From: a virus
Direction: 5' to 3' (one strand)
Virus record (IMG/VR): IMGVR_UViG_3300025030_000039
Coordinates: 380,878-429,198 of that record
DNA: 48,321 nucleotides
The notes under the pieces are model-generated. The model was not told where the DNA came from. It saw only the letters and a list, made by a program, of their open reading frames with translations, and did not search any database. Position 1 is the first letter of the stretch. The number at the start of each line of letters is the position of its first letter. Made by a program: the position numbers and the translations under genes. Positions 18,083-27,296 of this stretch are shown piece by piece.

Positions 18083-20568
18083 AATTGTACATATTGTTTA
18101 ACGTGATTTTCCCATGTTAAATTTTTAACTTTTTCGCTGTTGATTAATCTATTTTCTTCTAAAATTGATCTATTTTTATTAATATTATTAAGTGCATTAA
18201 CAAACCCTTCGACATTATTTTGTTCAAATATGTATTCAGAACTTAAATGTTCAGGTACTTCTCCAACTCTTGTTGATAAAACAGTATGACCATATTTCAT
18301 AGATTCTATTAATGGTAGTGGAGTACCTTCATATTTAGAAGTAATTAAAACCACATCTATATTTTTATATAAATTAACAAAATTTCCATCTTTATTAGTT
18401 ATTACTTCAAATCCTAATGCTTTAAGTTTATTAATAATTATATCCATATTAGGTGAAAGAATAGTAAATTTAAAAGATTTATTATCTATAGCATTTGCAA
18501 TGGTTAATAATTTTTCTTCATTTTTTACTCCATCACTATAAGATCGTCCAATATATCCTATATTTATTTTATTTTGTGAATTAATTGAATCTTTAGTAAT
18601 AATAAAGTCGCTTACTCCTAATGGTATATACCTAACATCTATATTGCTAAGACGACTTTTAATATAATTATATTGTTCTTTTGAAGTACATACTATAGTT
18701 TTAAACTTATCCATATTTTTAATTCTATAATTTGTGTTTGCTCTAGAAATATCAAACAAACTGTCATGGATCATATGTATTCCTTTTCTTAATACATTAT
18801 TTTTAATATTATATTTCATTCTTTCAAAATATAGTATAGATGTTCTATACACAGGTCTCCAATGTTGATATACATCACAATCCATTAAAGGATTAATGGA
18901 AGGTATTATAGTAAATTCTGGAGCATATTTTTGATATTCTTTAATCATAGAGCTAAAAACCCAGCCCCAATGATTAGACATAACCATATTTATAATTGGT
19001 TTATTTATAGATTTTGCTTCTAATCTTTTCCTATTAGATTCTTCTTGTAATTTTTTAAAAAATATTTCTTTTTCTGCAACAGTTTTTAATGTATTACTAT
19101 ATAACTCATTATCATTAAATAATTTTTCATCAATATTTTTGATATGATAATTATTTTCATTAAACAGTACTTTTCTATTAGGTATACTATTATAGTTTGT
19201 AATACTTTTTTGTGTAGTCGAAACTTTATTTTTAAATCTTCTAGAGGCTTGATAATGAATAATAACTGGATGTATATTTGGATATAATTTTTTCATCAAA
19301 TCAAAAATAAATGTATATTCAGGAGGAAGATTTTTAACTATCAATCCATTATTTTTCATTTTATCCATAGCTTTACCAAGGTTCCATTGTTCCATTGTTT
19401 TAGCATTAGGACCTTCTGCATTATTTTGATCTCTCCATATTCTACATAATTCTCGAGTTCTTTCATTATTTTCCATATATATGGTTCCACTAAGGCATTC
19501 ATTTTCTCTCCATCTAAAATCTTGAAATCTAACTGCAACATCAGCTGTATAATTTATAAAAAGCTCGGGAACTCTTTGTATAATTGCATCACAATCAATA
19601 TATAACAATCTTTTATCTTTAAATTCATCTAGAACATAAAGCATAAATTCTGCTTTAAATCTAGTATTTTTTTGCCAATCACCTAAATTTTCTATACCTG
19701 CAAAATAATAATTTAGTTCAAATTTATCACATGATGCAATAGTTTTTTTAGCTTCTTCTTCATATGGAGTATTAATGGTAAAATATCCTACAACTAATAT
19801 ATCAGATAATCTATTTTTATTATTATAATTACATATAATAGATTTAATATTGCCTATATTATTTGTGATATTTATTTTATTATTTTTATCATCAGTAGTT
19901 TTCACTTTTTCATTATTATGTATTATATTAATATGTTTAAATTTATTTTTTGCATTGCTTAAAGATTTTTCAAAATTAGTTTTTATTCTTAAATCACTTA
20001 TATTATTAGTATTTAAATCATAAATTATAATTTCTTGATAATCCATCAATAATCCCAATTGTATAGCAGAATAATTACTACTATTTCCATTAATAAAATT
20101 ATTTTTATCATTTGAAAATTCATTATTATTTAATGATTTAGATTCTAAAATATAATCAAATTTATGTAATTTATCATAAACTAATCCATGTTTATGATCA
20201 TAAAAATGCCCATTATGAGAAGATAAATTAGAATTTATATTATTTAAAATAAATATCTTCTTAATTGAATTTTCAATATCTAATTTATTTAAATTTGAAT
20301 AATTAATAGTTAAAAAAATATCAACTCTTTTTATATTATTAGTTGATATATTACTAGCTAATATATCATATTCTTCTATATTAACTAATGAACTAATTTT
20401 AGAATATGATAAATTACCACATAAAATAATAAGTTTATTTCTTTTTTTAACGGGTAACATATTTAAAATATTTGAATTATTTAAATTTTCATTTTTTTTA
20501 CATAATTTTTTTGTATGAATATTTTTACTTAGAATTTGCGCATTTATTTTTAAAAAGTTCTGTTTCAC
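18058..20568 (-). CDS. large multidomain glycosyltransferase: Asn-rich N-terminal region, central GT-A-like domain (DxD YIDCDAI), C-terminal GT-B (GT4-like) domain
   Basis: LLYIDCDAIIQRV nucleotide-sugar transferase-like DxD; C-terminal EGTPLPLIESMKYGHTVLSTRVGEVPE GT4/GT1 signature. Confidence 0.55.
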   Translation of the reverse strand: MKQNFLKINAQILSKNIHTKKLCKKNENLNNSNILNMLPVKKRNKLIILCGNLSYSKISSLVNIEEYDILASNISTNNIKRVDIFLTINYSNLNKLDIENSIKKIFILNNINSNLSSHNGHFYDHKHGLVYDKLHKFDYILESKSLNNNEFSNDKNNFINGNSSNYSAIQLGLLMDYQEIIIYDLNTNNISDLRIKTNFEKSLSNAKNKFKHINIIHNNEKVKTTDDKNNKINITNNIGNIKSIICNYNNKNRLSDILVVGYFTINTPYEEEAKKTIASCDKFELNYYFAGIENLGDWQKNTRFKAEFMLYVLDEFKDKRLLYIDCDAIIQRVPELFINYTADVAVRFQDFRWRENECLSGTIYMENNERTRELCRIWRDQNNAEGPNAKTMEQWNLGKAMDKMKNNGLIVKNLPPEYTFIFDLMKKLYPNIHPVIIHYQASRRFKNKVSTTQKSITNYNSIPNRKVLFNENNYHIKNIDEKLFNDNELYSNTLKTVAEKEIFFKKLQEESNRKRLEAKSINKPIINMVMSNHWGWVFSSMIKEYQKYAPEFTIIPSINPLMDCDVYQHWRPVYRTSILYFERMKYNIKNNVLRKGIHMIHDSLFDISRANTNYRIKNMDKFKTIVCTSKEQYNYIKSRLSNIDVRYIPLGVSDFIITKDSINSQNKINIGYIGRSYSDGVKNEEKLLTIANAIDNKSFKFTILSPNMDIIINKLKALGFEVITNKDGNFVNLYKNIDVVLITSKYEGTPLPLIESMKYGHTVLSTRVGEVPEHLSSEYIFEQNNVEGFVNALNNINKNRSILEENRLINSEKVKNLTWENHVKQYVQLWKETIKS

Positions 20569-21185
20569 ATTAATGTAATATTATTTGCTTTATTTATATA
20601 TTTTGTAAAATATGTTTTTTCCACAATAGATGAATGACTTTTATGATAAATAGATCTAAATACATTTTTTTCATTTTGTTTAAAATTTTCAAAAAAATCA
20701 AATCCATATAAGTTTAATTCTAAAAAATTTATTCTAGTAACTAAAAAATTAAAAGTAGCAGCTCCAGTGGAAGGAATAAACATTATTTTAAAATCTTTTC
20801 TTCTAAATTCATCATAAAACTCTTTACTACATATATAAACGTTATTAAATAATTCTAAAAGTTTATTCTCTCTATCTGAATATCCAGTTTTCGACCATCT
20901 ACTTAATTGAAGAATATATTTAGCATTTGCAGCTTTACATAATCTAACAGCATTGGAAACAGTATTCATTTGTGGAACAAATATATGTGTTTTTTCTCCT
21001 AATGCATTTTTATATTTTGGTAATGCATCTATAGAATAATTTAATCTTATTATTATATCGTTTGAATCAATAGATTTTCCATTATTTTCATTTAATAATT
21101 TAGTTGAATTTCCAACCAAAGCTATTTTTTTTCCATTACAATATTCTTGTATTTTTTCTAAAGGAATAGATATATTTTTATTCAT
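20565..21185 (-). CDS. sialyltransferase-like glycosyltransferase (sialylmotif L- and S-like blocks; candidate CMP-ulosonic-acid transferase)
   Basis: KIALVGNSTKLL..G.SIDSNDIIIRLN (L-motif-like) and IPSTGAATFNFLV...LYGFDFF (S-motif-like). Confidence 0.45.
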   Translation of the reverse strand: MNKNISIPLEKIQEYCNGKKIALVGNSTKLLNENNGKSIDSNDIIIRLNYSIDALPKYKNALGEKTHIFVPQMNTVSNAVRLCKAANAKYILQLSRWSKTGYSDRENKLLELFNNVYICSKEFYDEFRRKDFKIMFIPSTGAATFNFLVTRINFLELNLYGFDFFENFKQNEKNVFRSIYHKSHSSIVEKTYFTKYINKANNITLM

Positions 21186-21260
21186 ATGGTAATACTTGGT
21201 AATAGCATATTTTAATTAATATGGTAAATTATATATTATTTATGCATACATCAAGATGCA

Positions 21261-21300
21261 TTATATAAACACCGAATGCTAACAATAATGTTAGCATTTG
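21261..21300 (-). terminator. rho-independent terminator after hsp20-like gene
   Basis: ccgaatgctaaca / tgttagcatttgg 13-bp stem (one G-U), loop ATAA, followed on minus RNA by UGUUUAUAUAAUG. Confidence 0.5.
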
Positions 21301-21324
21301 GAATATTTTAAATTTTAAGCTATA

Positions 21325-21681
21325 TTATAAAATTTTTACTTTCTTTGATTTTAGTTTTTCTTTTAAAGGACATTTAATACTTAAAACTCCATTTTTTATA
21401 GAAGCCTCTATATTATCTAAATCTACGTCCCCTTTTACTTTAAATTTCTTTTCAAATTTCTTTTTTAAACCTATTTCTTCTCCAGAGTAAGAAATTAAAA
21501 TAATATCACCTTCAGTTTTTAAATCTATATCCGATTTATCATATCCGGGAATAAGTACATCTAAAATATAATAATCATCTTCTTTTTTAACTTCATATGA
21601 AGGTGAAGTTATTGTATTTACACTTGTTAAAAGTGAATTAAATAATTCATTTGCTAAATCATTAAATGTTGTTGTTGTCAT
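21325..21681 (-). CDS. small heat-shock protein (Hsp20/alpha-crystallin family)
   Basis: YYILDVLIPGYDKSDIDL...GEEIGLKKKFEKKFKV...DNIEASIKNGVLSIKCP alpha-crystallin domain pattern. Confidence 0.6.
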   Translation of the reverse strand: MTTTTFNDLANELFNSLLTSVNTITSPSYEVKKEDDYYILDVLIPGYDKSDIDLKTEGDIILISYSGEEIGLKKKFEKKFKVKGDVDLDNIEASIKNGVLSIKCPLKEKLKSKKVKIL

Positions 21682-21780
21682 AATTTAAAATTTTTTATAT
21701 TAATTTATAAAATATATTCAAAAATTATACCAAAAGTATATTTTAATTTAAAAATGACTATTCGTCATATATTTGACAAA

Positions 21781-21824
21781 AATGACAAATTAAAATAGGA
21801 ATCTAGATTATAAATTCCTATTTT
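21781..21824 (-). terminator. rho-independent terminator after 21832..22089
   Basis: aaaataggaat (21792-21802) / attcctatttt (21814-21824) perfect 11-bp stem, 11-nt loop, minus RNA continues AAUUUGUCAUUUUUG. Confidence 0.5.
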
Positions 21825-21831
21825 AAAGTTA

Positions 21832-22089
21832 TTATGCTTGTACTTCAGCATTAACTACTGGAGTTGAAGCTTCTGCTTCTTTTCTTGGTTTAAATACTCT
21901 AACTGCTTTAGATACTAATTCAGCATCTTCTAACGAATATACACCAGCTTTTTGAGCAAGTGATGCTCCTTGAATTAAAATACCAATTGCTTGTTCTTGA
22001 GTTAACTCATCTTTAAAAGGATCAAATTGTTTTTCTTTACTTTCCATAATTTTAAAATTTTTATTTGTAATTACATTTATTATATGCAA
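21832..22089 (-). CDS. hypothetical small acidic protein (85 aa; may start at internal Met MESKEK)
   Basis: ORF with locally higher GC/codon quality; bracketed by terminator hairpin. Confidence 0.45.
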   Translation of the reverse strand: MHIINVITNKNFKIMESKEKQFDPFKDELTQEQAIGILIQGASLAQKAGVYSLEDAELVSKAVRVFKPRKEAEASTPVVNAEVQA

Positions 22090-22107
22090 ACCTAATTATA
22101 AGTTTCA

Positions 22108-23196
22108 TTAAATATTTTTAATTATTATTTTAGATATATATTCAACATCATTTTCAGTTAGTTCAGAATACATTGGTATAGCTAATACTTCTTTTGACAA
22201 ATTTAATGCAATTGGCATTTCTATATTTCCATAAAGTTTTTTAATTAATGTAAATTCTGAACATATAGGATAAAAATAAGGTCTACTTGATACATTTTTA
22301 ACTAATAAATCATTTTTAATTTTATCTCTATTTGGATGTTTAATTATCATATAGATATAATTATAATGAATATTTTTATTATCATATTTGGTAAATATTA
22401 TATCATTTGGAAGATATTTTTTATAAAACTCAAATACATTCTTTCTTTTTGATATTATTAAATCCAAATCATCTAATATACATAAACCCATAGATGCTTG
22501 AAATTCATTCATTTTACCGTTTGTTCCTGGATATATTACGTCATATTCTTCATTAAATCCAAAGTTACTGAATAGTTTAGATATTCTAAATATTTCTGGA
22601 TTATTAAATGTAATTAATCCTCCTTCTATTGTATGAAATACTTTTGTAGCATGAGTTGAAAAAACAGAAACATCTCCAAAATTACCTATACCAATATTAT
22701 TAATAGTAACTCCAAACATATGAGCTGAATCATATATTGTATACAAATCATATTTTTTAGCAATAATTTCTATCTTTTCTATATCTACAGGATTACCATA
22801 AATATGAACTGGTAATATAGCAGCTGTATTTTTTGTTATTTTTTCTTCTATTTTATTAATATCTATATTACCATCATTAATGTTAACATCAATAAATATA
22901 GGAATATTTCCAGAATTAATAATAGATGTTATGGTTGCAGCAAATGTAAAAGGAGTAGTTATTATTTCTTTTCCTTTTATTCCTAAAATAGAAATAGTAG
23001 CTTCTAAAGATGTTGTTCCATTTAAAAAAGGATACACATAATTTACACCTAAATAATTTTTAGCAGAATTAATATATTCATTATGAATAGGACCAAAATT
23101 AGTAAGCCAAGATTCTTTCCAAATTCTATTTAAATATTTAATATATTTCTTTTTATCAGGTAAATAAGGTTTAACTACAGGTATATGTTTTTTCAT
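22108..23196 (-). CDS. DegT/DnrJ/EryC1/StrS-family PLP-dependent sugar aminotransferase
   Basis: GTTSLEATISILGI.GKEIITTPFTFAAT...IPIFID...AILPVHIYGNP.D...DSAHMFG...STHATKVF (PLP-Lys) pattern. Confidence 0.6.
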   Translation of the reverse strand: MKKHIPVVKPYLPDKKKYIKYLNRIWKESWLTNFGPIHNEYINSAKNYLGVNYVYPFLNGTTSLEATISILGIKGKEIITTPFTFAATITSIINSGNIPIFIDVNINDGNIDINKIEEKITKNTAAILPVHIYGNPVDIEKIEIIAKKYDLYTIYDSAHMFGVTINNIGIGNFGDVSVFSTHATKVFHTIEGGLITFNNPEIFRISKLFSNFGFNEEYDVIYPGTNGKMNEFQASMGLCILDDLDLIISKRKNVFEFYKKYLPNDIIFTKYDNKNIHYNYIYMIIKHPNRDKIKNDLLVKNVSSRPYFYPICSEFTLIKKLYGNIEMPIALNLSKEVLAIPMYSELTENDVEYISKIIIKNI

Positions 23197-24116
23197 TATA
23201 AAATTTTATCACCAGTTGAATTAATAATTTTCCTTTTTGGAACTGTTTGTTTAATATCTTTTTTTAATTCTTCAGCGGTTTTATCTAACTCTTTTTCAAA
23301 ATTTGATTTCTTCTTTTGATTATCTAATTCTTTTTTTATGTCTTCTAATTCTTTTTCAAATTTTGTTTTTTCTTCTTCGTATTTATTTTTATCTTTAAAA
23401 TTAGAATTTTTTAAATTGTTAATAGTATCTATATGATCCTTTTCTTTTTCTTCTAACTCTTTAATTTTTATATGCTTTTCTTCTAACTCTTGTTGAATTT
23501 TATCATCTATTACGGATTGTAACTCATTTGTTAAATTTTTAGTAATTTCTTCTTCTTTATCTAATCCATATTCTTTCGATAATACTTCAATATTATTATC
23601 GTTAATTTCTTTTATTTTTTTATCTATAATATCTTCTCTTTTGTTTAATTCATCATTTTTATCGGATTGTTTATCTGGTCTAATATAATCAACAAGTGAT
23701 TTTATAAAGCCTAAAGCAACTATTGGTAATAAAGCACCTGATACTATTGCTAAAATTCTTTTTTGTAAAATTAATTCTAAATTATTTAATCCGAAAAGTT
23801 CAATCCATGCTTGAAAATTTATAACATTAACATAAGCAAAATAGGTATTACCCATCATTTGAACAAGTGTTAAAAGAATAAATAAAAACCATATAAGATT
23901 TTTATTCATTTTATCTAATATAATTAATGATGCTAATGATGCTGCTGCTCCAATTTCGAAAGCAATAGCTAAACTTACAGATAACCAATACGGATTAGAT
24001 AAAGCAAAAAAATCTATTACGTGAATAGTGGATATAACGCTCACAATAATATAGAGAAATACAAATATTCCAATTACTGAATAATGAACTATATTGTGTT
24101 TTTTATTTAATTCCAT
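23196..24116 (-). CDS. hypothetical membrane protein with C-terminal K/E-rich coiled coil
   Basis: multiple TM-like segments in N-terminal 140 aa; KEKEL repeats after. Confidence 0.45.
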   Translation of the reverse strand: MELNKKHNIVHYSVIGIFVFLYIIVSVISTIHVIDFFALSNPYWLSVSLAIAFEIGAAASLASLIILDKMNKNLIWFLFILLTLVQMMGNTYFAYVNVINFQAWIELFGLNNLELILQKRILAIVSGALLPIVALGFIKSLVDYIRPDKQSDKNDELNKREDIIDKKIKEINDNNIEVLSKEYGLDKEEEITKNLTNELQSVIDDKIQQELEEKHIKIKELEEKEKDHIDTINNLKNSNFKDKNKYEEEKTKFEKELEDIKKELDNQKKKSNFEKELDKTAEELKKDIKQTVPKRKIINSTGDKIL

Positions 24117-24599
24117 TTAGTTATCCTCCTGACTTCTCAAGTATCTTTCTATTCTTGATATTTTTATTTTACCTATAGATAAACATCCAATAGTTCTTAT
24201 ATTAGAAGGTTTATTATCTATTTGATTAAATGTTAATCTAATTTCTGCATATAATCCTCCCATCATCATATTACTTGTCATTTCAGATGTTAAAGGTAAT
24301 AATATTTTTCCTTGATTTTCTATACTAGAAGTTGATTCAAATTGTAATATTTGAATTTCATCAGTTACAAACGAATCTGTTGGATATTTAAACAAATTAG
24401 TTACTTCATCTCTATCATCGAAAAGAGCTATAAATATTTCAGAAACATTATTTAAATCTAATAATGTCCCATCAGGATTAGTTAATTGTATGCTAATCTC
24501 AGTATCAGAACCTTGATAAATATTTTCAACACATGGTATAGAAGCAGTAAAAGATTTACAAGATGCACTACCACTACATTTAATTAAATCATTTGACAT
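24117..24599 (-). CDS. hypothetical protein (160 aa)
   Basis: ORF only. Confidence 0.4.
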   Translation of the reverse strand: MSNDLIKCSGSASCKSFTASIPCVENIYQGSDTEISIQLTNPDGTLLDLNNVSEIFIALFDDRDEVTNLFKYPTDSFVTDEIQILQFESTSSIENQGKILLPLTSEMTSNMMMGGLYAEIRLTFNQIDNKPSNIRTIGCLSIGKIKISRIERYLRSQEDN

Positions 24600-24606
24600 T
24601 ATCTAT

Positions 24607-24945
24607 TTATTTTTTTATTATTGTATAATAGTCTTTAATTGTATAAGAATTATATTCTGGTTTATCAGCTTGTCTTTCCCAATATAAAAATTTAGCAGTT
24701 TGTTCGTCATCATTTTCTTGAAATTTCACCGGTAAACTATCTACAATATTTTTATATTCTAATACAACATCATCTAATGAATCAATTTCATTCTTTAAAA
24801 CTATTAATTCTTTTCTCATTAAAGTATTTTCACTATTATGAGAGCATGAATTACAAGTATTTATTAATGTTAAAAAAAACATTCCAAATATAGAATATAT
24901 TAGCCATTTAGCGGCTAAATCATGTAAAAATTTCATATTTTTCAT
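24607..24945 (-). CDS. hypothetical protein with N-terminal signal/anchor
   Basis: hydrophobic N-terminus WLIYSIFGMFFLTLINTCNSCS. Confidence 0.4.
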   Translation of the reverse strand: MKNMKFLHDLAAKWLIYSIFGMFFLTLINTCNSCSHNSENTLMRKELIVLKNEIDSLDDVVLEYKNIVDSLPVKFQENDDEQTAKFLYWERQADKPEYNSYTIKDYYTIIKK

Positions 24946-24980
24946 TTTAATTTATTTGTTTTTAATTATATATATAATAT

Positions 24981-25544
24981 TCAATTTGTTTCGTTTTTAA
25001 CATGAAACACTTCTATTTTAATATTAAATTTAGATTCTAATTTCTTTACTTCATCTAAGTTTCTAATATCATCATCATAATAAATAAATTCTTTATATCC
25101 CTTATCTATTAATTCAATAAAAGCTTGCTTTTTCTTTAATGCAGTATTGCCATTATATTTAATATTACCAACTGCATAAATCATATCAAAGGGAATATCA
25201 AATCCTAATGTATTTAAATAAGTTTTAACTAATATACTATCAGCTCTTGCTGTAATAATAGCAATTGGTTTATTATTATTATAATCTTCTCTAAATATAT
25301 TTACTATTTTTGTATTAATACTTCCTTTAATAAGATAATCAATTTCATTAAATTGATTCAAATCTAATTCTTCATTATCTTTAAGCTGTAAATTTGTAAA
25401 TTCTGCTGATGTTAATTCTTTAATAATTTTGCCCGTTAATTTATCTTTAATTAATGCCTTTGCAGAACTGTATACTATACAATCATCTAAATCGAAAATT
25501 GTAATTTTATAATTCCAATCTTGATACATTTCTAAAAGTTCCAT
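24981..25544 (-). CDS. HAD-superfamily phosphatase-like protein
   Basis: ITIFDLDDCIV (motif I-like), ITAR, YYDDD. Confidence 0.45.
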   Translation of the reverse strand: MELLEMYQDWNYKITIFDLDDCIVYSSAKALIKDKLTGKIIKELTSAEFTNLQLKDNEELDLNQFNEIDYLIKGSINTKIVNIFREDYNNNKPIAIITARADSILVKTYLNTLGFDIPFDMIYAVGNIKYNGNTALKKKQAFIELIDKGYKEFIYYDDDIRNLDEVKKLESKFNIKIEVFHVKNETN

Positions 25545-25556
25545 TTATTTATTTTA

Positions 25557-26288
25557 TTAATTTATTTTATATTTTTTATGATATTCAATAACTCCATTCA
25601 TAAAATCTTTAAAATATTTTTTAATTTCATTTTTTGAAACTGTAAATATTTGAGGAGTATAATCTTGTTCATTACTGATCCATATTTCTGCATGTGATGG
25701 TAATTTTCCAGTCATTTTATAGTATGCAACATAATAAGCTGAAAGTTGCATTTTATAATTATCTACCCATTCATATTGTTTAGGTTTTTTACTAGTTTTA
25801 AAATCACAAATAACGTGATTATCTAATGAATCTGCATATATTAAATCTACTCTACCGGCGTATCCTCCACCCATAAAATTATAAAGCATTTTTTCTTGGA
25901 TTATAACCTCTTTAACTTTATCAAATATTTGAGCATTATAAAAATTAAAAAATAATTTTCTTCCAACTTCTATTTCGTCTGGAGTAAATCCTTCATTAAT
26001 TCCCCATATTGAAGTTTTTTCTAAAGTATCTAAAAGCTTATCTTTTTTATTTTTTAAAGTACTACTTAAATAATTTTCATTAAACATGTGCATGCATGTT
26101 CCTCTATTTGCAGAAAATTTTGAAATAGCATTTGCCTTTTCTTCACCTATTCTTTTTTTCCAATCATCTAACCACTTGTCATCACTCATTGAACTTATTA
26201 TAGTTGTAACACTTGGTAAATAATTAATTTGGTCGTCAGTTTTTACTATATAGTGACGACCCCCATTTATTGTAACTGTATCAGACAT
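25557..26288 (-). CDS. PD-(D/E)XK-family nuclease-like protein
   Basis: GRVDLIY...VICDFKTSKK (D...D-x-K arrangement). Confidence 0.4.
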   Translation of the reverse strand: MSDTVTINGGRHYIVKTDDQINYLPSVTTIISSMSDDKWLDDWKKRIGEEKANAISKFSANRGTCMHMFNENYLSSTLKNKKDKLLDTLEKTSIWGINEGFTPDEIEVGRKLFFNFYNAQIFDKVKEVIIQEKMLYNFMGGGYAGRVDLIYADSLDNHVICDFKTSKKPKQYEWVDNYKMQLSAYYVAYYKMTGKLPSHAEIWISNEQDYTPQIFTVSKNEIKKYFKDFMNGVIEYHKKYKIN

Positions 26289-26724
26289 TCTTAAAAAATT
26301 GAGTAATATAATCTATAACATTATTATCTATTATAGCAGTTATTAAAAATTTAGAAATAAAAAATATAACTGTCCATAATATAGTATTAAATAATATTTT
26401 TCTAAAACTTATATAAAATCTGCTTCCTTCTAAAACTAATAAATATGAATCAGTTCCATCTATTTTTTCAAATGTCGGATATATTAATTCAGTTAAATTT
26501 AATTTTAAAAGTATTGCATCATAATCTCTTAATTTAGAAAGTACATATGACTCTTGAGATAATGGTTGAGATGCTATTTCTTCAGGCAAATTAATAACAG
26601 TATACATTCTTCCAAATGGATCAACTCTTATTTTATTTTCTTCTAAAAACTTTATATTTTTTTTTGTAGTCTTTTTTATAATTAACCAGTAATTAATTTC
26701 TTTAAATAAATTTATAAAATACAT
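26281..26724 (-). CDS. hypothetical protein, C-terminal TM segment
   Basis: ORF; LWTVIFFISKFLITAII hydrophobic. Confidence 0.35.
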   Translation of the reverse strand: MYFINLFKEINYWLIIKKTTKKNIKFLEENKIRVDPFGRMYTVINLPEEIASQPLSQESYVLSKLRDYDAILLKLNLTELIYPTFEKIDGTDSYLLVLEGSRFYISFRKILFNTILWTVIFFISKFLITAIIDNNVIDYITQFFKNV

Positions 26725-27092
26725 TATAATTCTCCTTTATAATTTTGCTCCTCTTGACCTAATAATCTTTGGAATTCAGTTTCATCGGCATCGATTTGCA
26801 TTCGTAAATGTTCTATTTCTTTTTTTAAATCATTCTTTTCTTGAAAATCTTTATATGTAAGATTTAAGAATTTTTCTCTAAGCTTTAAATGATTTTCAAT
26901 ATTTGCTTTATGTTTATAAAATAATTCTTTTAATGGATTAGAATGTTTTTTAGTAGAATCAAATTTACCACTAAAACTATCTTTTTTAGAAGGTTCTGAC
27001 TTTTTCTCAACCTTAATTTTTAAATTTTTTTCAGCATTTGAAACATTTTCTTCAAAAATATAATCTTCATATTTTGGTACTAATTCGTTCAT
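26724..27092 (-). CDS. hypothetical protein (122 aa)
   Basis: ORF only. Confidence 0.35.
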   Translation of the reverse strand: MNELVPKYEDYIFEENVSNAEKNLKIKVEKKSEPSKKDSFSGKFDSTKKHSNPLKELFYKHKANIENHLKLREKFLNLTYKDFQEKNDLKKEIEHLRMQIDADETEFQRLLGQEEQNYKGEL

Positions 27093-27296
27093 AATATATT
27101 ATTTTTTAATATATATTTGTTTTTATGATTATTTTTTGATATATAAATTAAATAAGAAATTTGTGGAATAGATATTATTTAAATTAAATAATAAAAAGTA
27201 GTCAATAATTCTTAAAAAGATAATTGATAATAGGTTTATAGTATAACCTTTAATGATTAATATCTTATAAATAATACTATATCATAGTAATTTTAA

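Noticed and set aside
21682-21780. Sigma-70-type promoter (TATAAT at ~21733 on minus strand, TTGACA on plus strand) upstream of hsp20-like gene
   Set aside because: Single occurrences of hexamers in ~80% AT DNA are expected by chance, and the spacing to a convincing -35 could not be established.
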